Below are positions 50,301-60,533 of a stretch of 64,000 bases of DNA, in pieces. The DNA lies in the NCBI GenBank assembly GCA_945877765.1, contig CAMDWQ010000011.1, positions 2,641 to 66,640 of the forward strand, read 5' to 3'. This stretch comes from Candidatus Omnitrophota bacterium (GTDB lineage: Bacteria > Omnitrophota > Gorgyraeia > 2-02-FULL-51-18). Position 1 is the first letter of the stretch. Each line of letters begins with the position of its first letter. The notes below the pieces were generated by a model. That model saw only the letters and a list, made by a program, of their open reading frames with translations, made no database searches and was not told the DNA's origin. Both the position numbers and the translations under genes were made by a program.

Positions 50301-51206
50301 TTGGACCCCTTTTTTGCTTCTATGAATTGTCCCTATTGCAATGCTTTGCTTTCGGGGACGGCGATACGTTGTAAAAGTTGTCGCAAAGCTTTGGCTCCGC
50401 TTGAAATCCGACGTTCCGGAACGGGGATCCTTGCCTGGGCGAAGGGTCTCTTGGCGCGCGGGAATTCTTTGTTTCTGGAAGAGAAGCCGGTTGTGTGGGG
50501 CCTGCGGTCGGTGTTGTTTTTTTGGGTGCTGGCTTTTGCGGCTTCCTGGGCTCTCGAGTATCAGGCGCCGGCGCTCCCGTTTTTGGAGTTTCTCCGCGAG
50601 CACTTTTTTATTTTTACGCGGGAGCCGCGGCTTCAGCATTACCTGTATATTTTTTTAAACACGCTGATTCTGAAGACAGCGCTTACGATTGCCGTTCTTA
50701 TTTTTGTCCGGTTTTGCGAAAAGAAGATGGGTGAGGCGCTCGCATGGCGCCTTCCACAGACGGGCTGGATGACGTTCACTTTTGTTTTTTTCGGGATGGC
50801 GGTGATCGCAGGGCAGTTTGAAGGGATCAATCCGCTCATTCCGAATCTGCCGACGTCGTTTTTTTTCGCCGAAAGCGCGGTGATAGGGAATGCGGTTGCG
50901 CTTGTGTCGATCATCGTCATCGCGCCGATCACGGAAGAAATTTTCTTCCGCGGTTTCATGCTGCCGGCCATCGTGAAAAGGACCGGCGCTCTTGCCGGTA
51001 CCCTGATCGTGTCGGTGCTTTTTGCGGCAGTTCACTTTCCCCAGCTTCGTCACAATTACGCGGCGCTCGTGGTCATCTTCGGAGGCAGTGTTCTGATGTC
51101 TTTGGCACGACTTGGTAGCCGGTCGACGATTTATGCAATCGGGCTGCATGCGCTTTACAATGCCTCCATCCTCGGCGCAGGATTCTTTCGTGATGTTCTC
51201 AAATAA
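50301..51206 (+). CDS. CPBP/Abi (CAAX-protease-like) intramembrane metalloprotease with N-terminal zinc ribbon
   Basis: CPYC..CKSC; APITEEIFFRG, FAAVH, LHALYN. Confidence 0.85.
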   Translation: MDPFFASMNCPYCNALLSGTAIRCKSCRKALAPLEIRRSGTGILAWAKGLLARGNSLFLEEKPVVWGLRSVLFFWVLAFAASWALEYQAPALPFLEFLREHFFIFTREPRLQHYLYIFLNTLILKTALTIAVLIFVRFCEKKMGEALAWRLPQTGWMTFTFVFFGMAVIAGQFEGINPLIPNLPTSFFFAESAVIGNAVALVSIIVIAPITEEIFFRGFMLPAIVKRTGALAGTLIVSVLFAAVHFPQLRHNYAALVVIFGGSVLMSLARLGSRSTIYAIGLHALYNASILGAGFFRDVLK

Positions 51207-52611
51207 TCATCGCCTGAAATTTGTCTTCGCCGTATTCCTGGTATTTCTGTCCCTGTGTGCCGTGGAGGCGCAGGCTTGGGGCGGACCGAAGATCGAGGAT
51301 CTCGTGCGGCGCGGCGACGAAGCGTTTTATGAGCGTAATTATGAAAAAAGCAGAGAGCGCTACTCCGAAGCGGTAAAAATAAAGCCGCGCGCGGTCGCAC
51401 CGCACGTGATGTTGGGCCGGCTTTACTACGCGATGGCGCGCTACACCCAAGCAAAGCGGGAATTTGAAACTGCGTTGTCTCTGCATCCCGACGCCGTGAT
51501 TCGCAAATTTCTCGAGAGCGCACTCAATCACATGAATAACACCGCCGAAATTTTACGGCGCATCGAAGCCGTGCCCGACACGCCGGCCAATCGTAGTGCC
51601 CTCGTTACTTTGCACGAAGCCGCCGCGCAGAGGATGTATCAGGACCGCGCTTACATGGCGCTTTTGGGCGCGCACCTACGCTACATGCTCGAGGCGGATC
51701 CGAAAAACTCAGTCCTGCGTGCGGGAATCGCCGATGCGTTTTACCTGAGCAGTGATTCGGTGAGCGCCGTCGTGCTTTACGAAGAGTTAGTGCGACTATC
51801 GCCGCGCAATCGGCCGCTTTTGAAGCGGCTTGCGGACACGTACATTTCGCTGGGGCGGTTTGACCAGGCGTCGATGTCTTACAAGAAAGCGCTGCGCGAG
51901 AGTGTCCGCACCGGCGACCGTGAGGAAATAGACGCGCTGTTGAAACTTATCCGGGCACTGCCGGCGCCGTTTGGCAAAGTCCGTTTACTGGCTGAAGATA
52001 AAGAAGATTATGCTGGCGCTATCGCCGCGCTGAAACGGCGTCTTGACCTGAATGGGAATGATTTGGGCGCCATGACGATGATGGGCGCTTTGTATGAGCA
52101 GGTGGAAGAAGACGCAAAAGCAGAGAAGCTCTACAAAACGGCGCTTGAAATCGATCCTGAATATCCCTACGCGCATTTTTACATGGGCCGTTGGTTGCTT
52201 TTGAAAAAAAAGAAGTTCGAAGAAGCTGTCGACGAGTTGAATCTATTCAAAGAATACCTGGAAGCCGCCGGTTACCGTCCAAGTGTCACCGGAAAGACGA
52301 AGGAGATGATCCTGAAGGACCGCGTTCAGGCTTCGCGGTATCTGGCGACTATCTACTCGGAGGTCTTGAACCGGAAAAATACGGCGATTCAGGAGCTGCA
52401 ACAGGCGCTTGTCCTCGCTCCGAAGGACGCCGAGCTTTATTATGATCTGGGCGCTTCCTATGCGGGTGCAAAGAAACGCATGTCCGCCATCCAAAGCTTC
52501 AAGAAAGTGATTGAGCTCAAACCCAAGTCTGAACTCGCCAAGGAAGCAGAAAACGCCATCGACATCATTCGTTCGTACGGGGACAATGGGCGATATACGA
52601 GTCCTTGGTAG
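51196..52611 (+). CDS. Tetratricopeptide repeat protein (exported; start uncertain)
   Basis: Signal peptide (AEAQA-like site) and multiple TPR-like repeats. Confidence 0.8.
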   Translation, partial: FSNNHRLKFVFAVFLVFLSLCAVEAQAWGGPKIEDLVRRGDEAFYERNYEKSRERYSEAVKIKPRAVAPHVMLGRLYYAMARYTQAKREFETALSLHPDAVIRKFLESALNHMNNTAEILRRIEAVPDTPANRSALVTLHEAAAQRMYQDRAYMALLGAHLRYMLEADPKNSVLRAGIADAFYLSSDSVSAVVLYEELVRLSPRNRPLLKRLADTYISLGRFDQASMSYKKALRESVRTGDREEIDALLKLIRALPAPFGKVRLLAEDKEDYAGAIAALKRRLDLNGNDLGAMTMMGALYEQVEEDAKAEKLYKTALEIDPEYPYAHFYMGRWLLLKKKKFEEAVDELNLFKEYLEAAGYRPSVTGKTKEMILKDRVQASRYLATIYSEVLNRKNTAIQELQQALVLAPKDAELYYDLGASYAGAKKRMSAIQSFKKVIELKPKSELAKEAENAIDIIRSYGDNGRYTSPW

Positions 52612-52785
52612 GAAAAGATAATATAATATAAGGTATAAGGTGTCTGTATAAGGTGTCAGTCTGACACGTTTATAATCAAGGGGGTGTTCGACGATGATAG
52701 ACAAGGACACCAAGCTGTCCCTTAATGGGCCGAAGGCAGAGCTAGCGAGAACATTTTGAAGAAAGAGTGTTGATGGAGCCGGGCA

Positions 52786-53244
52786 ATGAAAACATACCTT
52801 TTAAAAAAATCGCAAACGATTTCGAGGGACATTGAGGATGTATTTGGGTTCTTTAAAAAACCAGAAAATCTTTCTCGACTGACCCCGGCTTCTCTCGATT
52901 TTAAAATATTGACACCTTTTCCGATCAAGATGGAAAAAGGAAAACTCATCGATTATACGATCAAGATCGCCGGGATCCGCCAGCGATGGACTACCCTGAT
53001 CACGGATTATGATCCGCCTCACCGTTTTGTCGACGAGCAAATTAAAGGGCCCTATTCATTTTGGCATCATACCCATACTTTTGAAGCGTGTGACGGGGGA
53101 ACCAAAGTTACCGACGAAGTCAGGTACTCAATTTCTTTAGGCTTTATGGGGCGTCTCGCTAATTTTTTGTTTGTAAGAAGACAATTGGAAAGCATCTTCA
53201 ATTATCGGGAAAAAGTGATCCAAGAGTACTTTGATGGCCAATGA
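52786..53244 (+). CDS. SRPBCC family protein
   Basis: VFGFF..PENL.RLTP, FVDEQIKGPY..WHHTH.F, IFNYR. Confidence 0.85.
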   Translation: MKTYLLKKSQTISRDIEDVFGFFKKPENLSRLTPASLDFKILTPFPIKMEKGKLIDYTIKIAGIRQRWTTLITDYDPPHRFVDEQIKGPYSFWHHTHTFEACDGGTKVTDEVRYSISLGFMGRLANFLFVRRQLESIFNYREKVIQEYFDGQ

Positions 53245-53262
53245 TCGATCGGGAGGCTCAAG

Positions 53263-53300
53263 ATGAAAATCATGATAGCGGGAGGGACGGGGTTTATCGT
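53263..53300 (+). pseudogene. N-terminal stub of a Rossmann-fold (TIGR01777-like) epimerase
   Basis: GGAGG RBS + MKIMIAGGTGFI, cut at the REP element. Confidence 0.55.
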
Positions 53301-53302
53301 GG

Positions 53303-53377
53303 AAATCCGGGGACACGTACAGAATTGCTTGTTGGCTGTGTTAGATTAGGTACGTGTCCCGAGATTCTCGAGATTCT
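53303..53377. repeat. GGGGACACGTAC REP-like element
   Basis: ggggacacgtac...ttaggtacgtgtcccgagattc. Confidence 0.75.
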
Positions 53378-53434
53378 CATGACCAAGAGCCTGGCGTTTT
53401 CCCAGTTGCCTAAATGTATTAAATATGATACATT

Positions 53435-53929
53435 TTGTATATGCATCCAGTCGGTCAAACCATCAGTTTTTGGCGAATGAAAAAAGGACTTACCCAAGCG
53501 GTAGTGGCCCAGCGGAGTGGTGTTTCAAGGCCTAATCTTTCGGCCATTGAGCAGGGCGCTAGAGACCTAACGGTGCAAACACTTCGTCGTATTGCTTCGA
53601 CCCTGGGTGTTACTCCAGGAGCATTGGTGGATGGGGTTAGTCCCGACGTAGTAAACCCGCAGAAAAAACTTGATCGATATGCTATCGATCGGATTGCCAG
53701 AATTGCTTCCGGCCAAGTTCTAAAAGCTTCTAGTACCGAGCAACGAATCGCACGAGATTTAGCGTCTGTCATGAAATCTAAGACACGAAATATAGCCGAG
53801 AAGAAAAATTTGAGGAATATCCGTTCCGAGAACACCGCTATTTTTTCACTCAAAACAGAAATAGGTCCGGCGCTTTTTGGGCATTTAATACGCCGCGTAG
53901 AAAAAAACCTTAGAAATCATTATGAATAA
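53435..53929 (+). CDS. XRE-family HTH protein
   Basis: GLTQAVVAQRSGVSRPNLSAIEQG. Confidence 0.85.
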   Translation: MYMHPVGQTISFWRMKKGLTQAVVAQRSGVSRPNLSAIEQGARDLTVQTLRRIASTLGVTPGALVDGVSPDVVNPQKKLDRYAIDRIARIASGQVLKASSTEQRIARDLASVMKSKTRNIAEKKNLRNIRSENTAIFSLKTEIGPALFGHLIRRVEKNLRNHYE

Positions 53930-54515
53930 AAAGCAGATCGAACGTTATTTCAAAATTTTAGATAAGATTTACGGCAAAAAATGTAAAGTAATTCTAACGG
54001 GTGCCGCCGCGGGCGCGTTGTATGGGAATGTTCGCTCAACGCTCGACATCGATTTTTCGGCGGAAGCCGCAGATTGGGAGAGTTTTTCAAAAGCGGCGCA
54101 GGAAGCAAGTATTCGGGTAGGCATTGAAGTTCAGTACGCCGAAGATATTGATCGTTGGTCCTCTATTACCTTAATGGACTACAAGAAACATACTTTTGTC
54201 TACGGGAAACAGGGAAAGATCGAAATTAGGTTGATGGAGCCGCCCTATTGGGCCATAGGAAAACTTTCGCGTTACCTCGATCAGGATATCAGCGATATCG
54301 TAAAAGTTTTTAAGAAAACAAACACCCAGTGGCAGAAAGTAGCATCTGTTTCCGGCATGGCCCTTCGAAAAAGCCCTCAATCAACTGCTTGTTTTTTATT
54401 TCGGAAGCAAACAGAAAATTTTTTCAAGCACTATGGCAGAAAAATCTGGGGAAGAACTTTTGATGAAAACAAAGCTCTCGCTCTTTTTCACCAGGAAGCC
54501 GGTATAAAAAACTGA
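53922..54515 (+). CDS. Nucleotidyltransferase-fold protein (DUF6036-like)
   Basis: LTGAAA, RSTLDID, KL.R...D..D. Confidence 0.7.
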   Translation: MNKKQIERYFKILDKIYGKKCKVILTGAAAGALYGNVRSTLDIDFSAEAADWESFSKAAQEASIRVGIEVQYAEDIDRWSSITLMDYKKHTFVYGKQGKIEIRLMEPPYWAIGKLSRYLDQDISDIVKVFKKTNTQWQKVASVSGMALRKSPQSTACFLFRKQTENFFKHYGRKIWGRTFDENKALALFHQEAGIKN

Positions 54516-54708
54516 ATGCTATAAAACTCTCACGCCTGTCCATGCTTGCAATGTCTGGGCCGTGGATACCGGCGGCGGTTGGAGCGGCAAACTCACCATC
54601 ATGAATATCGACAGCCACGACTATTGGCAGTCGGATCTTGTGCCAGATCTGTACCCACATATCCCTGGGCGGCGTTGATCAAGTTGGGTCAGGCTTAGAC
54701 TAATTTAA

Positions 54709-54963
54709 CTAGAGAACAAATCGCACGCCCGGGATCATCCTTAGCGATACGTCGAGCGTATCCATTTCAATTTTGGAATACACGCGCACACTGATGTTGT
54801 ACGTGACGTATTTACCGCCCTGGGAGTGGTGACCCTCTGTAAGTACCGTGATTTTTTCGCTGATCTCGAAGGCTAGCTCGATCGCCGTGCGAATCAAACC
54901 TTCATCGGCGTCCGCGATGATCTTGATGTGGCACACTTGGGGAAATAGGAGCTCTTCGGGCAT
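54709..54963 (-). CDS. YbeD/DUF493 family protein
   Basis: LLFP, S.GGKYVTY, VRFVL. Confidence 0.75.
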   Translation of the reverse strand: MPEELLFPQVCHIKIIADADEGLIRTAIELAFEISEKITVLTEGHHSQGGKYVTYNISVRVYSKIEMDTLDVSLRMIPGVRFVL

Positions 54964-55073
54964 GCATTTATCATTGCGCTAAGCGTTTTGGGTGTCAAGC
55001 GCCAGTTAGACCGCTTGAATCAAATGATCTTTTGACTAGAAATCCACTTTATGATGATATGGGCATAGCCTAA

Positions 55074-55254
55074 ACCGGACCCCGTCCAAATGATCCAAAA
55101 AGGGACACGTTAACCCAGGAGAGATCCTGGATTTTTTTTGTTCTTTTTGACCCGCTCAGGGTTGGGTATATACTGATGGCATGTGTAAACGTAACCAGGA
55201 CAACGATCAGCGAGCTAACGTGTCCCCAAAAGGGCCATTTGGACGGGGTCCGGT
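55074..55254. mobile_element. REPIN/MITE-like element with internal promoter
   Basis: 19-bp terminal inverted repeat accggaccccgtccaaatg; inner gggacacgtta/taacgtgtccc; ttgacc-N16-tatact. Confidence 0.75.
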
Positions 55255-55258
55255 ATAT

Positions 55259-55741
55259 TTATTTAAATATTTTTTTCAGGTTTTCTCTTCGATAATCAAA
55301 AACTTTTCTGAGATTCGTCTCAGCAAATTTTTTCCCGAACGTGTTCCCAAGCCATCCTAACGGTAACTGATAATGGACTTCATCTGTCATCAGAGTGCCG
55401 TCGTTAGTTTCTTCAAATTGATGCACATGCTTCCAGTAGGCATAAGGCCCGTTTAATTGCACATCTTCAAAGAAGTAAGGAGGCTCGCATCGGGTGATCA
55501 GCGTTGTCCAAGAGAGTGGGACCCCCAAAAGACGGATTTTGTAACGATAGCGAGCATTTAATTTCAATTTTTCCGAATCTGCGGATAGGACCTTGAGACA
55601 TAGCGAAGGCGGGGTCAGCTTAGCAAGGTTGGAGTGAGTTTCAAAAAAAGAAAATACCTCCTGCCTTGTGCGCGGAATAAGTTGTTGCTGACGAAGTGAA
55701 TGGAGATTTTTCAAAGTCGCGACACTTTTTTTATATTCCAT
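55259..55741 (-). CDS. SRPBCC family protein
   Basis: VFSFF...NLAKLTPP, FEDVQLNGPY.YWKHVH.F. Confidence 0.8.
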   Translation of the reverse strand: MEYKKSVATLKNLHSLRQQQLIPRTRQEVFSFFETHSNLAKLTPPSLCLKVLSADSEKLKLNARYRYKIRLLGVPLSWTTLITRCEPPYFFEDVQLNGPYAYWKHVHQFEETNDGTLMTDEVHYQLPLGWLGNTFGKKFAETNLRKVFDYRRENLKKIFK

Positions 55742-56433
55742 AGAATAACCTCTTGTTTTTTTGAGAAATGCAAAAGGGGTTTATCAGAAAGTAATTCAAC
55801 CTTCAAAGACTGCATCATCGTATTTGTTTTCAAAGACAAAGAAGCTTGCTGAAGTTGCCATGGATTGTGATGTATTTCCGCACGATAAAGATTTTTCTTA
55901 TCAGTGCTGTATAGACAATAGCGTTCGGTAAGCCAGTATTCCAGACTTTGCGGTAAAATTTTAATAATTTCTGAGGTTGGTTTGTAGCTTGCAGCAAACT
56001 CTTCAAGTTCACCATTTTTTCTTTTATTTTGATAGAGATAAGAGCCATTTTTATAAATCAAGGACATGTTGGCATGAAAATAAGGTAGGCGATACCACCA
56101 ACGTGCCAGGCGTACTGCCAATAAACTCTCAGCGTCTAGACTGAAAAACCAGACTCCGGACTTGTTTCCGTCAGTGACATAAGTTCTGACGTTTAGTTCA
56201 TTGAAAGAAACTCCCGGTAGCCCTCGGAGCCCCACATCTGTCATGCGAAACGGCACAATCCCAATCCATGCATTGCCGTTGAACGTTTCCAGTTGGAGCG
56301 ATTCGGGAATAAATTTTTGCAATGAGTTTGCGGGAACAGGCCAATGGATAAAAAGCAGATCCCGCCAGGTCTGGCGCATCATCCACGGTTCGCTTGGTAA
56401 AGACCAGGGGCGATGATCAACTGAGATTTTCAT
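55711..56433 (-). CDS. YqjF/DUF2071 family protein
   Basis: MRQTWRDLLFIHWPV, ELNVRTYV, GVWFFSLDA, WLTERYCLY. Confidence 0.9.
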   Translation of the reverse strand: MKISVDHRPWSLPSEPWMMRQTWRDLLFIHWPVPANSLQKFIPESLQLETFNGNAWIGIVPFRMTDVGLRGLPGVSFNELNVRTYVTDGNKSGVWFFSLDAESLLAVRLARWWYRLPYFHANMSLIYKNGSYLYQNKRKNGELEEFAASYKPTSEIIKILPQSLEYWLTERYCLYSTDKKNLYRAEIHHNPWQLQQASLSLKTNTMMQSLKVELLSDKPLLHFSKKQEVILWNIKKVSRL

Positions 56434-56846
56434 TGAATGGCTAGGTAGAAATGAAGTATCCCTAACGATAAAAACCAGAATAGAACTAGCCAATCCCCGC
56501 GCCTTTTACCAAGGTAGAGTTGAGTGAACGCTCGAATGACCCACCAAAGAGCAATCCATAAACAGACGATGGGGCGATAAGCCTGATCCCGCCAAATAGG
56601 CCATATTAAGTTGAGGATGCCGATAGTAACAATCGTGTAGCTTACGGAGTGATTCATCACCCATGCGATACCACGCGCGTCTGCCCGGGTCGTATTGTAG
56701 GAGAATCCAAAAAGACGAAAAGGTTTAAGGGCTGGTCCTTCTTTGGGAATAGCATGGTCAAAATCCAGAAGATAAGGCAGGAAGAAGTGAATCGTTCCCA
56801 GGGTGATCGTATATAAACCTACTATAAAAATTAGGATATCAATCAT
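56430..56846 (-). CDS. Hypothetical membrane protein
   Basis: Four hydrophobic segments; coupled to the downstream gene. Confidence 0.6.
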   Translation of the reverse strand: MIDILIFIVGLYTITLGTIHFFLPYLLDFDHAIPKEGPALKPFRLFGFSYNTTRADARGIAWVMNHSVSYTIVTIGILNLIWPIWRDQAYRPIVCLWIALWWVIRAFTQLYLGKRRGDWLVLFWFLSLGILHFYLAIQ

Positions 56847-57013
56847 TAAAGTATTCTAACGCCTGGGATATGAAAAAACCAAAGAAAGCTTATGGGTCAG
56901 GAACTCTTTGAAACTCTTGCCATTATTGATAAAATCTGGGTACATAAATTGACGGAGTGTCTGGTAGAAAAAAACTTTTGAAGTAAGCTAACGGATTTGA
57001 GAGAAGTATATCC

Positions 57014-57745
57014 ATGAAAGAAATCATTGTTTTGCAGCACATCGCTTGTGAAGGGCCTGGAATGGTCGCGGAAGCATTGAAGCAAAAAAGCTTTACAATA
57101 CGCATCATTCGTTCTGACGAAGGGCAGGACGTGCCTAAGGAAATCGGACAGGCGGCGGGACTCGTCGTGATGGGAGGGCCGATGGGCGTTTACGAAGAGG
57201 CGAAATACCCATTTTTGACGGCGGAGATGAAACTCATTAAAAATGCCGTGAAAGCAGGAAAGCCGGTGCTTGGTATTTGTTTGGGGAGCCAACTCATCGC
57301 AAAAGCTCTCGGAGCGCAAGTGAAGAAGGGGCCCAAAAAAGAAATCGGCTGGTATCCGGTTCGCTTATCGGCAGCCGGTGCGGCGGATCCGGTGATGGGC
57401 AAGGCGCCGTGTGAATTTATGGCGCTGCATTGGCATGGCGATATTTTTGATTTACCGCCAGGAGCGGAACTTCTGGCTTCTTCGGATTTCACCGCGCATC
57501 AAGCGTTTAGGGTCGGTCAGAATGTGTATGGAATTTTGTTTCATATGGAAATCACGGCGCCGATGCTTCGGGAATGGACGAAAAATTTCTCGGACGAGTT
57601 GGTGGCGGAGAGCCTCAACGGCACACCAATTTTGGCTGAAGCCGAAACTCATTTAGAAGCCCTTCATGCCGTAGGACGCGCCGTTTTTGGAGCCTGGGCA
57701 CTTAGAACAGAATTCGGGTTAGGGCGTGCAGTGCATTTGGTATAA
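57014..57745 (+). CDS. Class I glutamine amidotransferase
   Basis: MGGPMGVY, LGICLGSQL, WHGD, FHME. Confidence 0.9.
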   Translation: MKEIIVLQHIACEGPGMVAEALKQKSFTIRIIRSDEGQDVPKEIGQAAGLVVMGGPMGVYEEAKYPFLTAEMKLIKNAVKAGKPVLGICLGSQLIAKALGAQVKKGPKKEIGWYPVRLSAAGAADPVMGKAPCEFMALHWHGDIFDLPPGAELLASSDFTAHQAFRVGQNVYGILFHMEITAPMLREWTKNFSDELVAESLNGTPILAEAETHLEALHAVGRAVFGAWALRTEFGLGRAVHLV

Positions 57746-57793
57746 TAAAAAAGTTCGGCTGACCAACATCAACCATTTAGCGAGAACCAATCG

Positions 57794-58180
57794 ATGAAAA
57801 AAACTTTATTCTTTGTTTTGTTGACCAGTTTTTTGGCAATATCTACCGTTTATGCCGGCGGCCGCAGAATGGGAGATATGCCGGCTCCGCGGCTTCTGTC
57901 GCCTGGTGATCGAGTTGAAATAGGAGCTAGCGACGGACAGGTGGAGTTTCGCTGGGGCAATGAGAGCGGCGGCAATTTTGACCATTACGATTTCCGCTTA
58001 TATCGGGGGACCCAGACTTACGAAAAGGGCCTGATGCTTCAGAAAGACGTGCCGGCGGGTGTCACCTCCATCCGATTAGATAACACTCTTTTTGAAAAGG
58101 GGCAGTCTTACGCGTGGTCCTTGCGCTATATAGGATCCCGAAAGAGCAATTCTTCTTATTCGATCTTTACGGTTTCCTAA
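57794..58180 (+). CDS. Exported hypothetical protein
   Basis: Signal peptide MKKTLFF...VYA. Confidence 0.6.
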   Translation: MKKTLFFVLLTSFLAISTVYAGGRRMGDMPAPRLLSPGDRVEIGASDGQVEFRWGNESGGNFDHYDFRLYRGTQTYEKGLMLQKDVPAGVTSIRLDNTLFEKGQSYAWSLRYIGSRKSNSSYSIFTVS

Positions 58181-58322
58181 AATCCTGCCGCTCACGATTT
58201 TACCTAGCTAACTTGTAAATGGGCCTCAGTCTAGCGGGGAAGAATATGCTCACAGAATCCTGGGGATCCTGGGACACGTACCTAATTTAGCGATCATAGG
58301 AACTATCTACTGAAAGGAAAAT

Positions 58323-58898
58323 ATGGCCACACGAAATAAAGTTCGCTGCGCATGGGTGGGGATGGACAAGCCGCTCTATGTGGAGTATCACGACAGAGAG
58401 TGGGGCGTGCCTGTGCACGAGGAGGCCAAGCACTTTGAGTTTTTGATTTTGGAAGGCGCGCAAGCGGGTCTTAGTTGGTATACGATTTTAAGCCGGCGTG
58501 AAGGTTATCGGAAGGCATTTAAGAATTTTGATGCCCGTCAATTGGCGAAGGTGACCGATGCTTATTTGGAAAAACAGTTGAAAAATCCGAATATTATTCG
58601 CAACCGGCTAAAGGTTTATGCGGCACGGAAAAATGCGCAAGTATTTCTGGCGATCCAGAAAGAGTTTGGCAGCTTTGACAAGTACATCTGGTCATTTGTA
58701 GGCGGAAAGCCCTTAGCCAACAAACCAAAGAGCTTGAGGGAGATCCCCGCGACAACACCCGAAAGCGATGCGCTCTCCAAAGACCTTAAGAAGCGAGGCA
58801 TGTCGTTTGTGGGTTCCACGATCATGTATGCGCACATGCAGGCAACTGGTCTTGTCAACGACCACACCGTGGACTGCTGGTGTTATCGCGCTAGATGA
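58323..58898 (+). CDS. tag: DNA-3-methyladenine glycosylase I
   Basis: RCAW, YHDREWG, LEGAQAGLSW, IIRNRLK, GLVNDH..DC. Confidence 0.95.
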   Translation: MATRNKVRCAWVGMDKPLYVEYHDREWGVPVHEEAKHFEFLILEGAQAGLSWYTILSRREGYRKAFKNFDARQLAKVTDAYLEKQLKNPNIIRNRLKVYAARKNAQVFLAIQKEFGSFDKYIWSFVGGKPLANKPKSLREIPATTPESDALSKDLKKRGMSFVGSTIMYAHMQATGLVNDHTVDCWCYRAR

Positions 58899-58906
58899 GA
58901 ATTAAT

Positions 58907-59635
58907 TTATTCGTAACGGATATCATCTAGGTAGAAAGTAGCGCCCTCAGGGTTTCCGTCGAGATTACCCGCCCAGCAAAAACCTCCGCTGATTGATGTG
59001 AGATCCTTACCTTCGAGGCTGATTTCGTATTTTGTCCATTCCGTTGTCAGGATGACGGGGCCGATACCTGCGACGTCAGAGTCCGGATATTCGCCGGTGA
59101 TACCGCCGATTTTGAATTCTTCAATTCTTTCGCCGCCTTTTTCACCACGGGCCCAGAAAGTAAGCTTCGAAGCGCCAGTGAGATCGAAGCCTCCAGGACG
59201 TGTTCCCCAATTGTTGGGAGGATTTTGCCAATAAATACCCGCCCAGCGCGCGCCTTGAGTGGCTTTGTTGGAATAGACGATCTGGATGGAAGTGGTTCCG
59301 CTATGGGGGTTGGTAAGAAACTTATCATTGATTTTTAAATCCCCATAATCACCCATCCACCCGGAAGGCGCAAAATGATTGTCGGGAGATTTGCCGTCTC
59401 CATAAATAGAAAAATATTTTCCATTACCAAAAGAGAGCTTATTCGCTGTCTTGGTGGTTTCTGCCGCTGGCTGAACAACCGCGGGAGTTGAGTCGGTAGC
59501 CGTTGCTGCAGGGGACGACTCATCGTAGGCGGTGTCTACTTTGGATGTACTTTGTTCCGAGCAGCCAGAGACAAATGCCGCAAGGGCAATCAACGGCAAT
59601 AAGAAATAAAATTGATGGGAGCGGGTCACAGTCAT
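58907..59635 (-). CDS. Lipoprotein with carbohydrate-binding-module-like domain
   Basis: Lipobox VSGC; PSGWMGD, LTFWARG, FYLDDIRYE. Confidence 0.7.
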   Translation of the reverse strand: MTVTRSHQFYFLLPLIALAAFVSGCSEQSTSKVDTAYDESSPAATATDSTPAVVQPAAETTKTANKLSFGNGKYFSIYGDGKSPDNHFAPSGWMGDYGDLKINDKFLTNPHSGTTSIQIVYSNKATQGARWAGIYWQNPPNNWGTRPGGFDLTGASKLTFWARGEKGGERIEEFKIGGITGEYPDSDVAGIGPVILTTEWTKYEISLEGKDLTSISGGFCWAGNLDGNPEGATFYLDDIRYE

Positions 59636-59812
59636 TCTCCTTAAGTTGTGGTTTTGCCGGACAAATCTACACATTAAATCAGCCTATACTCTCTAGTGCG
59701 CATTATCAAGGTAATTTCCCGCAAACTGCCTATCACTGCATCATTGATTAATCTCGCTCAACATTTAAAGAAGTTGCTGTATAATTGAAACAATATTGAG
59801 CGTAAGCCAATT

Positions 59813-60368
59813 TTAGACGGGCAGGATTCTTGCCAGCTGCGTGAAGCGGTAGAAATGGAAAAGAAAAGACTCAAACTCAGCACCGGTTTTGGCGGGCGTC
59901 AAAACGAGCGTATTATTGTCAAAAAAAGCGATACGGTCGTTCATTTGAAAAGAGCAGATGGCGTGACCCGAGTTTCCTGAGTGAATAGCCAAAACAACAG
60001 GTTTGTAGCCCAATAATTTCAAGACAGCGCTGTTTAGCGATGAATAATCTTTGCAGTCGCCAAAGCGCTGGGAAAATACTTCGGCTGGCTTGAGCTGTCC
60101 GTTGGTCGGATCGATTTTATAAAGCACATTTTTTTTAAGCCATAAGGCGTAATCATCAAGTTTATATATTCCATTGACGGCTAATAAATCAGAAATTTTT
60201 TGACTGTTGTCTGCAGGTTTTGAAGACCAGACACCGTTCTCATGCGTGACTAAGTGGGAAACTAATCCCGCACCGGGCTGTGCCGGCGTCTCAGGAAATG
60301 CAAACGCGTTTTGCGTCAGTAGAAGAAATAAAATAAAAGCGGTGGATTTAGTAAAGAGAAGTTTCATG
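59813..60368 (-). CDS. Transglutaminase-like exported protein
   Basis: GDCKDYS, GHA, FFDN catalytic-triad-like motifs. Confidence 0.7.
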
Positions 60369-60533
60369 CTTTCATTATAGGAGCGTTTTAGCAGCGGGTA
60401 AAGCGGTGGATAGCAGAAAAACGGTTTTATTTTTTCGAAGACAAGCACAATACAAGGCATTTAGGTAGTAGGCATCTTATTTATAATAAAGTAGACTTTT
60501 CTTTCTAAATCTAAGTCAGCGGAGATTTTTCCA

